Shown piece after piece: positions 48,084-58,002 of a DNA stretch of 64,000 bases. A model generated the notes under the pieces. That model was given only the letters and a program-made list of their open reading frames with translations, was not told the origin of the DNA and searched no databases. The stretch lies in the sequence record NZ_CP020440.2; one strand, given 5' to 3'. Position numbers and translations under genes: made by a program. This stretch comes from a plasmid. Position 1 is the first letter of the stretch. Every line of letters starts with the position of its first letter.

Positions 48084-49865
48084 TCAGGCGGCACCTTTCT
48101 GCGGGCGCATGTCGGCCGGGTCAATGCCCGCCACGACCACCGGCTTCTTCATCGCGTCGCGGCGGAAGGGCTCGCCCAACTCCTGGTTCAAGAGCACCTC
48201 GATGAAGGTGGTTTCGCCGTGCGTCATCTGCCGCTCGACCGCCTCGTGCAGGGCCCGGGTCAGCTCCTCCTGCGACTTGACCTGCACGCCGTTGACGCCG
48301 CAGGCCTTGGCGATGCCGGCATAGGTGGTGTCGCGGTCAAGCTCGGTGCCGACGAAGTTGTTGGCATACCACAGCGTCGTGTTGCGCTTTTCCGCGCCCC
48401 ACTGGTAGTTGCGGAAGATCACCATGGTGATCGCCGGCCAGCCCTTGCGGCCCACGGACACCATCTCGTTCATCGAGATGCCGAAGGCGCCGTCGCCCGC
48501 AAAGCCGATCACCGGCGTGTCGGGGTTGCCGATCTTGGCGCCGAGGATCGCCGGGAAGCCATAGCCGCAGGGACCGAACAGACCCGGCGCCAGATACTTC
48601 CGGCCACCCTCGAAGCTTGGATAGGCGTTGCCGATGGCGCAGTTGTTGCCGATGTCGGAGGACACGATAGCGTCCGACGGCACCGCCTGCATGATCGCCC
48701 GCCAGGCCTGGCGCGGGCTCATCAGGTCGCTGTCGCGTTGGCGCGCCTCGGCGTTCCATTCGGTGCCGGGGTCGTCATCTTCGTGGTCGAGGCTGGACAG
48801 CTCCTGCGCCCAACGCGACTTGGTCTGCGCGATCAGCGCCTTGCGCTCGGCCCGGCCGTCCTCGCCAGCGGTGTCGGAAAGCTGCGCCAGGATGGCGCGG
48901 GCCACTTTGCCCGCGTCGCCCTGGATGCCCACGGTGACCTTCTTGGTCAGGCCGATGCGGTCGGCGTTGATGTCGACCTGGATGATCTTCGCTTCCTTGG
49001 GCCAATAGTCGATGCCATAGCCCGGCAGGGTCGAGAACGGGTTGAGCCGCGTCCCCAGCGCCAGGACCACGTCGGCCTTGGCGATCAGTTCCATTGCGGC
49101 CTTGCTGCCGTTGTAGCCCAGGGGCCCGACCGCCAGCGGGTGGCTGCCTGGGAAGCTGTCGTTGTGCTGGTAGTTCGAGGCCACCGGTGCATCCAGCCGC
49201 TCGGCCAGTGTCACGAGATCCGGGATCGCGCCCGACAAGACCACGCCCGCGCCCGAAAGGATCGCCGGGAACTTGGCTTCCGACAGCAGCCGCGCCGCCT
49301 CGGCCACCGCCCCCTCGCCGCCCGCGGGGCGTTCGAAGCGGACCACCTGCGGCAGGTCGACGTCGATCACCTGGGTCCACATGTCGCGCGGAATGTTCAT
49401 CTGCGCCGGGGCCGAGTTGCGCCACGCCTGCATGATGACGCGGTTCAAGACCTCGGGAATGCGTGAAGGATCGCGCACTTCTTCTTGATAACACACGCAG
49501 TCCGCGAACAGACGCATCTGCTCCATCTCCTGGAAGCCGCCCTGGCCAATGGTCTTGTTGGCGGCCTGAGGCGTGACCAGCAAAAGCGGGGTGTGGTTCC
49601 AGTAGGCGGTCTTGACCGGCGTCACAAAGCCCGTCACCCCCGGCCCGTTCTGCGCGATCATCATCGACATCTTGCCGGTCGAGCGGGTGAAGCCGTCGGC
49701 CATCAGCCCGGCATTCGTCTCATGCGCGGTGTCCCAGAACGTGATCCCGGCCTTGGGAAAGAGGTCGCTGACCGGCATCATGGCCGAGCCAATGATCCCG
49801 AACGCATGCTCGATCCCATGCATCTGCAGAACTTTGACAAACGCTTCCTCGGTCGTCATCTTCAT
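48084..49865 (-). CDS. xsc: Sulfoacetaldehyde acetyltransferase (ThDP-dependent)
   Basis: MKMTTEEAFVKVLQMHGIEHAFGIIGSAMM N-terminus and ThDP-binding GDG..N motif (GFAGDGAFGISMNE); start M37 of the ORF. Confidence 0.9.
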   Translation of the reverse strand: MKMTTEEAFVKVLQMHGIEHAFGIIGSAMMPVSDLFPKAGITFWDTAHETNAGLMADGFTRSTGKMSMMIAQNGPGVTGFVTPVKTAYWNHTPLLLVTPQAANKTIGQGGFQEMEQMRLFADCVCYQEEVRDPSRIPEVLNRVIMQAWRNSAPAQMNIPRDMWTQVIDVDLPQVVRFERPAGGEGAVAEAARLLSEAKFPAILSGAGVVLSGAIPDLVTLAERLDAPVASNYQHNDSFPGSHPLAVGPLGYNGSKAAMELIAKADVVLALGTRLNPFSTLPGYGIDYWPKEAKIIQVDINADRIGLTKKVTVGIQGDAGKVARAILAQLSDTAGEDGRAERKALIAQTKSRWAQELSSLDHEDDDPGTEWNAEARQRDSDLMSPRQAWRAIMQAVPSDAIVSSDIGNNCAIGNAYPSFEGGRKYLAPGLFGPCGYGFPAILGAKIGNPDTPVIGFAGDGAFGISMNEMVSVGRKGWPAITMVIFRNYQWGAEKRNTTLWYANNFVGTELDRDTTYAGIAKACGVNGVQVKSQEELTRALHEAVERQMTHGETTFIEVLLNQELGEPFRRDAMKKPVVVAGIDPADMRPQKGAA

Positions 49866-49878
49866 GGCGGATAGCTCC

Positions 49879-51285
49879 TTATGCCCGCTCGTCGCGGTAG
49901 TGATAGAGGTGATAGAGGCCCCACTGGCCAAGCCGCCGGAACGGTGTCCTCCAGCCTTCGTGGGGCAATTCATCGTTGAAAATCGGGAGGTTGGGGATGC
50001 GCTCGCCGGCGACCAGCTGCGCCATGCGGCGGCCGGCCATGGCGGAATACATCACCCCGTTGCCGCCATAACCCAGCGCATAGAAGGCGCCCGGCAGGTC
50101 GGGCAGGCCGGTGATGCGCGGCATCATGTCGTGGCTGACATCGACCCAGCCCCACCAGCTGTAATCCAGCGGGATGCCGCGCAGGGCGGGGAACTTGCGC
50201 GCCATGCCTTCGCACAACCCATTGAGATGCGAGGGATTTGCCGCATCGCGTCCGGTGATCGCAGCGCGCGAGCCGATCTGCAGCCGGTTGTCGGGCAGCA
50301 GCCGGTAATAGTGCCGCAGCGTCCGGGTATCGGTCAGGGGCGAGCCGGTGCGGATGCCCACCGCCGCAAGTTCGTCGGGCGTCAGGACCCGCGTCACGAT
50401 GCTGTTCGACATGATCGGCAGCAGCCGGTCCTTGATGCGGGGGTGCAGGCCGCGGGGCGCGTAGGCCGCGGTTGCGACCGCCACACGGCGTGCACGGACC
50501 GTGCCTCCGGGCGTACACAGGGTGTGCACACCCCCCCGGTAATCCCATCGCGTGACCGGGCTGTCGGGGTGGACGGTGGCGCCCAGCTCGCGCGCCGCCC
50601 GCAGATAGCCGAAGGCCAGCTTCGCCGCGTGGATGCCGATGCCGTCGGGTTCCCACAGGGCGCCATGCGCTTCGTGGTCGCGGGCGACCTCGCGATGGAC
50701 CTGGTCGCGGTCGAGCATCCGGGCGCCATAGCCGAAGCTGTCGTTCAGCAGCGCCGCCTCGGCCCGCAGGGTGGGCATCAGCGCGGCCTTGTGGGCGATG
50801 TAGTAATGGCCGCCGTCCTGGGCGTCGCAGTCGATGGCGTGGTCGCGGATCAGGTTGCGGAACAGGTCGAAGGCCTCGGTCATCTCGGCATGCAGGGCGC
50901 GCGCCATGTCGATGCCCCAGCGCTGGGTCCACTGGCTGCGCTTGAGCCGGCCGGCGCTGATCTGGGCCTGGCCGCCGTTGCGGGTCGAGCAGCCATAGGC
51001 GACGCCGTTCGCCTCGAGCACCGTGGCCTTGATGCCGTGCATCTTGGCCAGGTGCAGCGCGCAGGAAAGACCGGTATAGCCCGAGCCGATCACCGCCACG
51101 TCCACGTCCATGTCGCGGCGGACCGGGCCGTCGTCCGCAGGCGCGGGGCCGGCGGTGCCGATCCAGTAGGTCGGCGCATAGTCGCTGCGGGGACCAAGCT
51201 GGCGCGCCTTGAGCGGGTCGTAAAGCGGATCGTAGGGGACAGAGCCTGCGCGTGGGGCGATGGTCTGCATGATGGCTGCACTCAT
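49879..51285 (-). CDS. tauY: FAD-dependent oxidoreductase (DAO family), probable taurine dehydrogenase large subunit
   Basis: Dinucleotide fold VAVIGSGYTGLSCA; 468 aa from M112; overlaps the tauX stop. Confidence 0.75.
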   Translation of the reverse strand: MSAAIMQTIAPRAGSVPYDPLYDPLKARQLGPRSDYAPTYWIGTAGPAPADDGPVRRDMDVDVAVIGSGYTGLSCALHLAKMHGIKATVLEANGVAYGCSTRNGGQAQISAGRLKRSQWTQRWGIDMARALHAEMTEAFDLFRNLIRDHAIDCDAQDGGHYYIAHKAALMPTLRAEAALLNDSFGYGARMLDRDQVHREVARDHEAHGALWEPDGIGIHAAKLAFGYLRAARELGATVHPDSPVTRWDYRGGVHTLCTPGGTVRARRVAVATAAYAPRGLHPRIKDRLLPIMSNSIVTRVLTPDELAAVGIRTGSPLTDTRTLRHYYRLLPDNRLQIGSRAAITGRDAANPSHLNGLCEGMARKFPALRGIPLDYSWWGWVDVSHDMMPRITGLPDLPGAFYALGYGGNGVMYSAMAGRRMAQLVAGERIPNLPIFNDELPHEGWRTPFRRLGQWGLYHLYHYRDERA

Positions 51286-51713
51286 TTCGCGGTTGCGGTT
51301 GCGGCGGGGGTCGGGACCGGGGTGGCGGGAATGGCGGGGCGCTGCTTGCGAAGGGCCTGTTTCTCGACGATCAGGCCGGCTTCGATGCGAAAGAGGTCCG
51401 CGCCCTGCACCTCGATCCGGCTGCCGTCGGGCTGGGTGGCGCGGAAGGTCCATTGGCTGACGCCGCGCGTGCCGTCCTGGGACAGGAAATGCCGGTGGTC
51501 GGCCCATTCCACGTCCGGCATGGCTTGCCAGACCGCCTGGAAGGCGCGGGCGATGGCCTCGCGACCCTGGATGCGGGTGCCGTATTCGGCCTCGCCCGCG
51601 ACGGTATAGAACACGCAAGCGTCGGCGAAATGGGTCATCACGGCGTCGATGTCGTGGCGGTTGAAGGCGTCGAAGGTGGCTTTCAGGTCGTCGGCGGTCA
51701 GGGTGCGGGTCAT
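51282..51713 (-). CDS. tauX: Small SnoaL/NTF2-like protein, putative taurine dehydrogenase small subunit
   Basis: 143 aa, NTF2-like fold signature; position between tauC and tauY. Confidence 0.5.
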   Translation of the reverse strand: MTRTLTADDLKATFDAFNRHDIDAVMTHFADACVFYTVAGEAEYGTRIQGREAIARAFQAVWQAMPDVEWADHRHFLSQDGTRGVSQWTFRATQPDGSRIEVQGADLFRIEAGLIVEKQALRKQRPAIPATPVPTPAATATAK

Positions 51714-51817
51714 CTGCGGATACTCCTGTCCCGGTCGAAGGCGGCGCTGCGCCTTCGATAGGGTCGTTCGGGGGTGATTCAGGGGGTCGTCGGTTCGGAG
51801 GACGGGCGCTCAGGCGG

Positions 51818-52645
51818 TCAGATCTTGCCCTTCCAGGGGATCAGCGCGCGTTCGATGCGCCGGATCAGCAGGTCGAAGGCGAATGCCAGCACGCCGATCA
51901 CGATGATGCCCATGATGACCGCATCCGAGGCGAGGTATTCGGCCGAGTTCAGCACCATGAAGCCCAGGCCCCGGCTTGCGGCCACCATTTCGGCGGCGAC
52001 AAGCGTGGTCCAGCCGACGCCGATGCCGATGCGCATGCCGGTGAAGATTTCCGGCAGGGCGGCCTTCAGGATGACGTGGAAGATCACCTGCATCTTGGTC
52101 GCGCCCATCGCATAGGCGGCGTGGATCTGTTCGATCGAGACCGAGCGCACCCCGGCCCGCGCCGCGATCGCCATGGGCGCAAAGATCGCCAGGAAGATCA
52201 GGAAGACCTTGGGAAATTCGCCGATGCCCAGCCAGATGATGATGAGCGGCAGATAGGCCAGGGGCGGCAGTGGGCGATAGAATTCGATCACCGGGTCCAG
52301 GATGCCGCGCACCCAGCGGTTCACCCCCATCAGGATGCCGGTCGGCACCGCCACGACCAGGGCCAGGAAGAACGCGCCCAGCACCCGGCCCAGGCTGGCC
52401 AGCGTGTGCTGGATCAGGGTCGAGTTCGACACGCCCTCGGTCATGGCCTGCATGAACTTGGCCCAGACCGCGCCGGGCGAGGGCAGGAACAGCGGCTTGA
52501 TCCAGCCCATGCCCGTGACCAGGAACCACAGCCCGATCAGCGCCAGGGCCGTCACCAGGCTGATCAGCGCGCTGGAGCCCGAGCCGGGCGCGCCGTAGCT
52601 GGCGCCGGCCTTGGCCGGGCGGGCGCGCATCAGCCGGTCAAGCAT
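51818..52645 (-). CDS. tauC: Taurine ABC transporter permease
   Basis: BPD_transp_1 permease with EAA loop; start M50. Confidence 0.85.
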   Translation of the reverse strand: MLDRLMRARPAKAGASYGAPGSGSSALISLVTALALIGLWFLVTGMGWIKPLFLPSPGAVWAKFMQAMTEGVSNSTLIQHTLASLGRVLGAFFLALVVAVPTGILMGVNRWVRGILDPVIEFYRPLPPLAYLPLIIIWLGIGEFPKVFLIFLAIFAPMAIAARAGVRSVSIEQIHAAYAMGATKMQVIFHVILKAALPEIFTGMRIGIGVGWTTLVAAEMVAASRGLGFMVLNSAEYLASDAVIMGIIVIGVLAFAFDLLIRRIERALIPWKGKI

Positions 52646-53453
52646 CGAGTTCGGCCTGCTGTTCCTGACCGGCGCGTTCGTCGCCGTAGATGATGCCAAG
52701 GATCTGTTCACGCATGCGGATGAAGTCGGGGCTGGATTTGATGGCACGGGCGTTTCCCTCCGCCAGAAAGCGTTTGTTGAAGTCCAGGTCATAGGTGTGG
52801 GTGATGCGGCCGGGGCGCGGCGACATGACGATCAGCCGCGAGCCCAGGAACAGCGCCTCCTCGACGCTGTGGGTGATGAAGAAATACATCTTGTCGGTCT
52901 GCTGCCAGATCTTGAGCAGCAGTTCCTGCACGGTTTCGCGGGTCAGCGCGTCCAGGGCCGCCATGGGTTCGTCCATCAGCAGCATGGCCGGGTCGCAGGT
53001 CAGGGCGCGGGCGATGCCGACGCGCTGCTGCATGCCGCCCGACAGGTGATAGATCATGTGCTTGTGGAAATCCTGCAGGCCGACCAGCGCCAGGTTCCTG
53101 ACCGCGCGTTCGCGCCGGGTGCGGGCATCGACGCCCTGCAGCTTCAGGCCGAATTCGACATTGTCGATCACGTTCAGCCAGGGCAGCAGGGCGTGTTTCT
53201 GAAACACCACGCCGCGTTCGGCGCCCGGGCCCATGACCGGCTGGCCACCCAGCGTGATCTGCCCCGAGGTCGGCGCCATGAAGCCCGCCATCAGGTTCAG
53301 AAGCGTGGTCTTGCCGCAACCCGAGGCCCCCAGCGCCACGACGAAATCGCCGCTGTGGATGGTCAGGTCGACGCCCTTCAGGGCGACGATCTCGCGCCCC
53401 TTGAGCTGGCCGGGATAGATCAGGCTGACGTTGGCGATGTCCAGGGTCTGCAT
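52638..53453 (-). CDS. tauB: Taurine ABC transporter ATP-binding protein
   Basis: Walker [10 protein letters not shown], signature LSGGMQQR; start M15. Confidence 0.85.
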   Translation of the reverse strand: MQTLDIANVSLIYPGQLKGREIVALKGVDLTIHSGDFVVALGASGCGKTTLLNLMAGFMAPTSGQITLGGQPVMGPGAERGVVFQKHALLPWLNVIDNVEFGLKLQGVDARTRRERAVRNLALVGLQDFHKHMIYHLSGGMQQRVGIARALTCDPAMLLMDEPMAALDALTRETVQELLLKIWQQTDKMYFFITHSVEEALFLGSRLIVMSPRPGRITHTYDLDFNKRFLAEGNARAIKSSPDFIRMREQILGIIYGDERAGQEQQAELDA

Positions 53454-53491
53454 CCGGGCTCTCTCGGACAAGGGAAGGGGGGCCGCGGCGG

Positions 53492-54505
53492 TCATTCTGC
53501 CGCAGCCTGGGCGAAGCTTGCGTTCACATAGGGGGCGTAATCGGGCAGCGCCTTGTCGATCTGCTTCTGCTGGACCAGGAAGGCCGCGCTTTCGCCAAGC
53601 GCCCGCGTGGCGCCGCCGCCCAGCCAGCTGTCCGAGACCTGCGCCGCCGCATCCGGGAAGGACAGCATGTTCAGCGCCTGGACCGTGCCGGCCGGATCGC
53701 CCCCGATCATCTTGACGATGCCCTTGACCGGTTCGGATTCGGCGGTCCAGGCGGCCTTGTCGGCGTTGTAATCGGCATAGGCTGCGGCCAGGGCCCTGGT
53801 GAACTCGGTCATGAAGTCCTTGTGGCTTTCGGCGAAATCGCTGGCCACCACCAGCCCGTCGAAGGTCGGCACGCTGGCCGCGCCCACCTGTTCGCTGTCG
53901 GAAATCACCGTGCCGTCCGCCAGAAGCTGGGTCAGCGCCGGCGGCCAGACATAGGCCGCGTCGATGTCGCCGCGCTGCCAGGCGGCCATGATCTGCGGCG
54001 GTTTCATGTTCAGGATCTGGACCTGCTTCGGGTCGATGCCCCAGACCTTCTCCATCCCGACGAGCAGGTGGAAATGCGAGGTCGAGACGAAGGGCACCGC
54101 CACCTTCTTGCCGACCAGATCGGCGGGCTTTTCGATGCCCGAGCCGTTGCGGGCGACCAGCGCCTCGGACTTGCCGATGTTGTCGAGGATCCAGAACAGC
54201 TGGAAATCGACGCCGCGCGTCGCCGCCGCCGCGATCCCGGTCGAGCCGATCACGCCGACCGGCACGTTGCCCGAGGCGAGCGCGGTCGAGATGTCGCCGC
54301 CCGAGCTGAACTGGCGCCAGTCGATCTCTACGCCCGCCTTTTTCGCGGCGGCGTCGAGGCGTCCGTCGGCGATGGCCGCGACGAAGGGGCCAACGATCTG
54401 CTGGTAGCCCACGACCACGGTTTCGGCGCTTGCCGCGGTTCCCGACAGCAGCACGGCGGTCATGCCCAGGGCGGCCAGCCGCCGCCCGGAAAGGGTCGTC
54501 ATCAT
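53492..54505 (-). CDS. tauA: Taurine ABC transporter periplasmic substrate-binding protein
   Basis: Signal peptide, NMT1/SsuA/TauA fold; 337 aa. Confidence 0.85.
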   Translation of the reverse strand: MMTTLSGRRLAALGMTAVLLSGTAASAETVVVGYQQIVGPFVAAIADGRLDAAAKKAGVEIDWRQFSSGGDISTALASGNVPVGVIGSTGIAAAATRGVDFQLFWILDNIGKSEALVARNGSGIEKPADLVGKKVAVPFVSTSHFHLLVGMEKVWGIDPKQVQILNMKPPQIMAAWQRGDIDAAYVWPPALTQLLADGTVISDSEQVGAASVPTFDGLVVASDFAESHKDFMTEFTRALAAAYADYNADKAAWTAESEPVKGIVKMIGGDPAGTVQALNMLSFPDAAAQVSDSWLGGGATRALGESAAFLVQQKQIDKALPDYAPYVNASFAQAAAE

Positions 54506-54644
54506 GCGTTATTCTCCCTGTGTGCGGCCTGGCGGATGGTCCGGCGGGCCTTGGTCGCGTGCGTTCAGCGTCACGTCATGGCAGGAAATGTTGCAGGGGA
54601 AGGGGCCGAAGGATATGACCAGATCGAGACGATTTTAAGTCCAG

Positions 54645-56125
54645 ATGCCGAACCGTATCCCGCCCGAGATCATCCTGCTGCGCGACAACGACGCGCCGAC
54701 CCTGCAGGGCCGGCTGGCGGCGGCGATCGTGCGGGCGATTCTGGAAAGCCGGGCCCCGCCGGGGGTGCGGCTGCCCTCGTCGCGGGGGCTTGCCGATGCG
54801 TTGGGGGTGTCGCGCATGACGGTGACGCTGGTCTATCAGGAACTGGTCAGCCAGGGCTATCTGGAGACGGCGCCGCGCTCGGGCGTGATGGTCGCGGCCA
54901 CGGTGCCGCACGGCCGGCTGCGGGCGCAGGGCGGCGGCGGCGCGGCCGGGGCGGGGTCGGGGCTGGGGTCGACTGGGAGGGCTGGCTGGCCCATGTCCCG
55001 CAGCGCCAGCGGGTGATCCGCAAGCCGGCGAACTGGCGCGACTATCGCTATCCGTTCATCTATGGCCAGGCCGATCCGGCGCTGTTCGACCACCACGCCT
55101 GGCGCGACTGCGCGCGCCGGGCCTGGGGCACGCGCGATTTCGCGGAACTGGCGGCGGACCAGTATGGCGTCGATGACGCGCTGCTGATCGACTATATCTG
55201 CTCGAACAGCCTGCCCCGGCGCGGCATCCAGGCCCGTCCCGACGAGGTGCTGGTGACGCTGGGCGCGCAGAACGCGCTGTTCCTGGCGATCGAGCTGCTG
55301 GCCCGCCCCGACCGGCTGGCCGTGACCGAGGAGCCGGGATACCCTGATTTCGCCGAGGCGCTGCGCCGGGCGCAAAGCCCCACCACCTTTCTGCCGCTGC
55401 GGGGCGGGGGCCTTGATCCGGCCGACCTGCCGCCCGGCACCCGGCTGGTGATCGTCACGCCCAGCCACAACATCCCGACCGGCGCGACCATGCCGCTGGA
55501 CCGCCGCCGCCAGCTGCTGGCGCGGGCCGCGGCCGAGGATTTCCTGATCATCGAGGACGATTACGATTTCGAGATGTCCTATCTGGCGCCGCCGGCGCCC
55601 GCGCTGAAGTCCCTGGACCGGGCCGGACGGGTCATCTATATCGGCAGCTTTTCCAAGGCGTTGTTTCCCGGCTTGCGGATCGGCTACATGGTCGCGCCCG
55701 CCCCCCTGATCGCGCGGGCGCGCGACCTGCGCGCGATCATGCTGCGCCACCCGCCCGCGCATCTGCAGCGCATCACCGCCTATTTTCTGGCCCAAGGCCA
55801 TTACGACGCCCATATCGTGCGGCTGCGGCAGGCGCTGAAGGCCCGGCGCCAGGTGCTCGAGGAGGCGATTTCGCGCACCTCGCTGGTGATCGCGGGCGCG
55901 GCGGCCTCGGGCGGGTCCAGCGTGTGGATCCGGGGCGCGCCGGATGTCGACAGCGCGGACCTGGCCCGGCGGCTGCGCGCCGAAAGCGTGCTGATCGAGC
56001 CGGGGCACGTCTTTTTCGAAACCCCGCCCGAGCCCTGCCCGTTCTTTCGCCTGGGCTATTCCTCGATCAATGAGGCGGCGATCCCCGAGGGGATCCGCAT
56101 CATCGGCCGGATGAACCCCGGCTAG
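54645..56125 (+). pseudogene. tauR: MocR/GntR-family regulator with aminotransferase-like domain (TauR); the HTH and effector domain are in different frames (frameshift about 54930-54975)
   Basis: GntR HTH in the frame starting at 54645 (RLPSSRGLADALGVSRMTVTLVYQEL), stop at 55016; the PLP-fold domain (..KPANWRDYRYPFIYGQADPALF...SFSKALFPGLRIGY..) is in the +1 frame of the 53822 ORF; the switch lies within a (GGC)n/GGGGC-rich linker. Confidence 0.7.
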
Positions 56126-56164
56126 GGCCCCCTGCGCCCCGAATGACGGGCGGCGGCACCGTCC

Positions 56165-57124
56165 TTAGGCGTAGCGTTCCACGAAAGCGATCTGGTGATC
56201 GCCATAGCGGTCGCCGTGCGCAAACCCGGCCGGAAGGACGCGCTCGATCTCGGCGATATCCTCGGGCGCAAGGGCGGGGGGCTGCCAGTCGCGCAGGTGA
56301 TCCGCCGTCCGCGTGGCCGGGATCGGGATGATGTGATCGCCCTGCGCCAGCACCCAGGCCAGGGCCGCGCCGGGGACCGTCCAGCCGCGCGCGGCGCAAA
56401 GCTTCCGGAACGGCGCGATGGCCGCCAGATTGGCCGAGAAGTTCGGCTCGGTGAACCGCGGGTTGGTGTCGCGAAAGTCGATGCCGGCGCGGAAGTCGCG
56501 TTTCATCGGCGTGCGCCCGAACATCCCCCGGCCCAGCGGAGAGAAGGCGACGAAGGCCACGCCGAGGTCGCGGCAGGCCTGGATCAGGCCAAGCTGGGGC
56601 AGCCGCGTCCACAGCGAGAACTCGTTCTGAACCGCGGTCACGGGATGGACGGCATGGGCGCGGCGCAAGGTCGAGGGCGCGATCTCGGACAGGCCATAGC
56701 CGCCGATCTTTCCTTCCTGCACCAGCCGCGCCATCGTCCCGGCCAGATCCTCGACGGGGATCTCGGGCTGGCGGCGGTGGATGTAGTAAAGATCGACATG
56801 GTCGCGCTTCAGCCTGCGCAGCGAGTCCTCGAGGCATTGGCGGATATAGGGTTCGTCGTTGCGCACCGCGCGCGAGGGCGCGGTGACGATGCCGCATTTC
56901 GTCGCAAGGTGAATGTCCCGGCGGCCCCAGCGGCCCAGGATCTGTTCCGACACGCCCATGCCATAGATGTTGGCGGTGTCGAAATGGCTGATGCCCGCAT
57001 CCACCGCCGCATCGAGGCAGGCCAGCGAGGTAGTCTCGTCCGTCGCGCCGAAGATGCCGCCAAAGCTCATCGTGCCAAGGCCGATGGCGCCCACATCGCG
57101 GTGTCCAAGCCGTCTTTGTTCCAT
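56165..57124 (-). CDS. Aldo/keto reductase
   Basis: AKR motifs (GLGTMSFG, HFDTANIYG, catalytic D/Y/K/H positions); 319 aa. Confidence 0.85.
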   Translation of the reverse strand: MEQRRLGHRDVGAIGLGTMSFGGIFGATDETTSLACLDAAVDAGISHFDTANIYGMGVSEQILGRWGRRDIHLATKCGIVTAPSRAVRNDEPYIRQCLEDSLRRLKRDHVDLYYIHRRQPEIPVEDLAGTMARLVQEGKIGGYGLSEIAPSTLRRAHAVHPVTAVQNEFSLWTRLPQLGLIQACRDLGVAFVAFSPLGRGMFGRTPMKRDFRAGIDFRDTNPRFTEPNFSANLAAIAPFRKLCAARGWTVPGAALAWVLAQGDHIIPIPATRTADHLRDWQPPALAPEDIAEIERVLPAGFAHGDRYGDHQIAFVERYA

Positions 57125-57291
57125 TCCTGCCCCCTGTGCCGCGCTGCGGCAGGGAAGCGCGGCCCGCCCCGCCCGTCAAGGGGCGCCATTCACCCACAAT
57201 GGCTTTCCGTCGAACGCCATGATGGCGCTGACGCTGTTGGCCTTGATGATCCACGGCGTCGCGCCCGGCCCGAGCACGCAGCGCAGGTCGT

Positions 57292-58002
57292 TCAGCCCTT
57301 CAGGACCAGCGCCGCGCCGCTGACGATGGAGAAGATCAGCACCGCCAGCCGCAGGGCCGGGCCGTTGATGCGGGCGTGGACGTGACGCGAAAGCCAGCTG
57401 CCCGCCAGCACCGCCGGCACCAGCGTCAGCGCCGCCCCGAGCTGATCGGTCCCGACGCGGCCCGCGACCAGCAGGACGGCCAGCGAGATCAACTCTCCGA
57501 CCAAGAAGCAGGTGGCGACAGTGGCGCGCAGCACCGCGCCCGGGGCGTGCTGGTAAAGCAGCGCCAGCGGCGGGCCGCCGATCCCGGTCGCGGTTTCGGT
57601 CACGCCGGTGAAGAGCCCCACCCCCAGCGCCGCCGGGCGGCCGGGCGAAAAGGGCGGCGCCAGCAGCGCGATCAGCGCGGCAAGGATGGTCAGAAGCCCG
57701 ACGGTGATTTCAAGCTGGCGCACCGAAAGCGCGACCAGAACCGCCATGCCCAGGAAGGTGCCGAAGAACCGCCCGGCCGTGATCCAGCTTGCGCCGGGGC
57801 GGTCGATCGCCTCGCGCTCGCGCCAGGCGACCAGGAAGTTCAGCGGCAGCATCAGGATCAGCAGCGTGACCGGCAGATAGCTTGCGTCGAAGAAGCCGAA
57901 GACCGGCGCCATGATCAGCGCAAAGCCGATGCCGACCGCGCCCTGGATGAAGGCCGCGCCGCCGACCAGCAGCGACAGCAGAAGAAAGACGGAAAGGGTC
58001 AA
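57292..58002 (-). CDS. TSUP/TauE-SafE family (DUF81) membrane exporter; start assigned to a TTG overlapping the upstream stop
   Basis: 236 aa, 7-8 TM, repeated G-rich motifs of TauE/SafE; no in-frame ATG near the N-terminus. Confidence 0.65.
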   Translation of the reverse strand: MTLSVFLLLSLLVGGAAFIQGAVGIGFALIMAPVFGFFDASYLPVTLLILMLPLNFLVAWREREAIDRPGASWITAGRFFGTFLGMAVLVALSVRQLEITVGLLTILAALIALLAPPFSPGRPAALGVGLFTGVTETATGIGGPPLALLYQHAPGAVLRATVATCFLVGELISLAVLLVAGRVGTDQLGAALTLVPAVLAGSWLSRHVHARINGPALRLAVLIFSIVSGAALVLKG

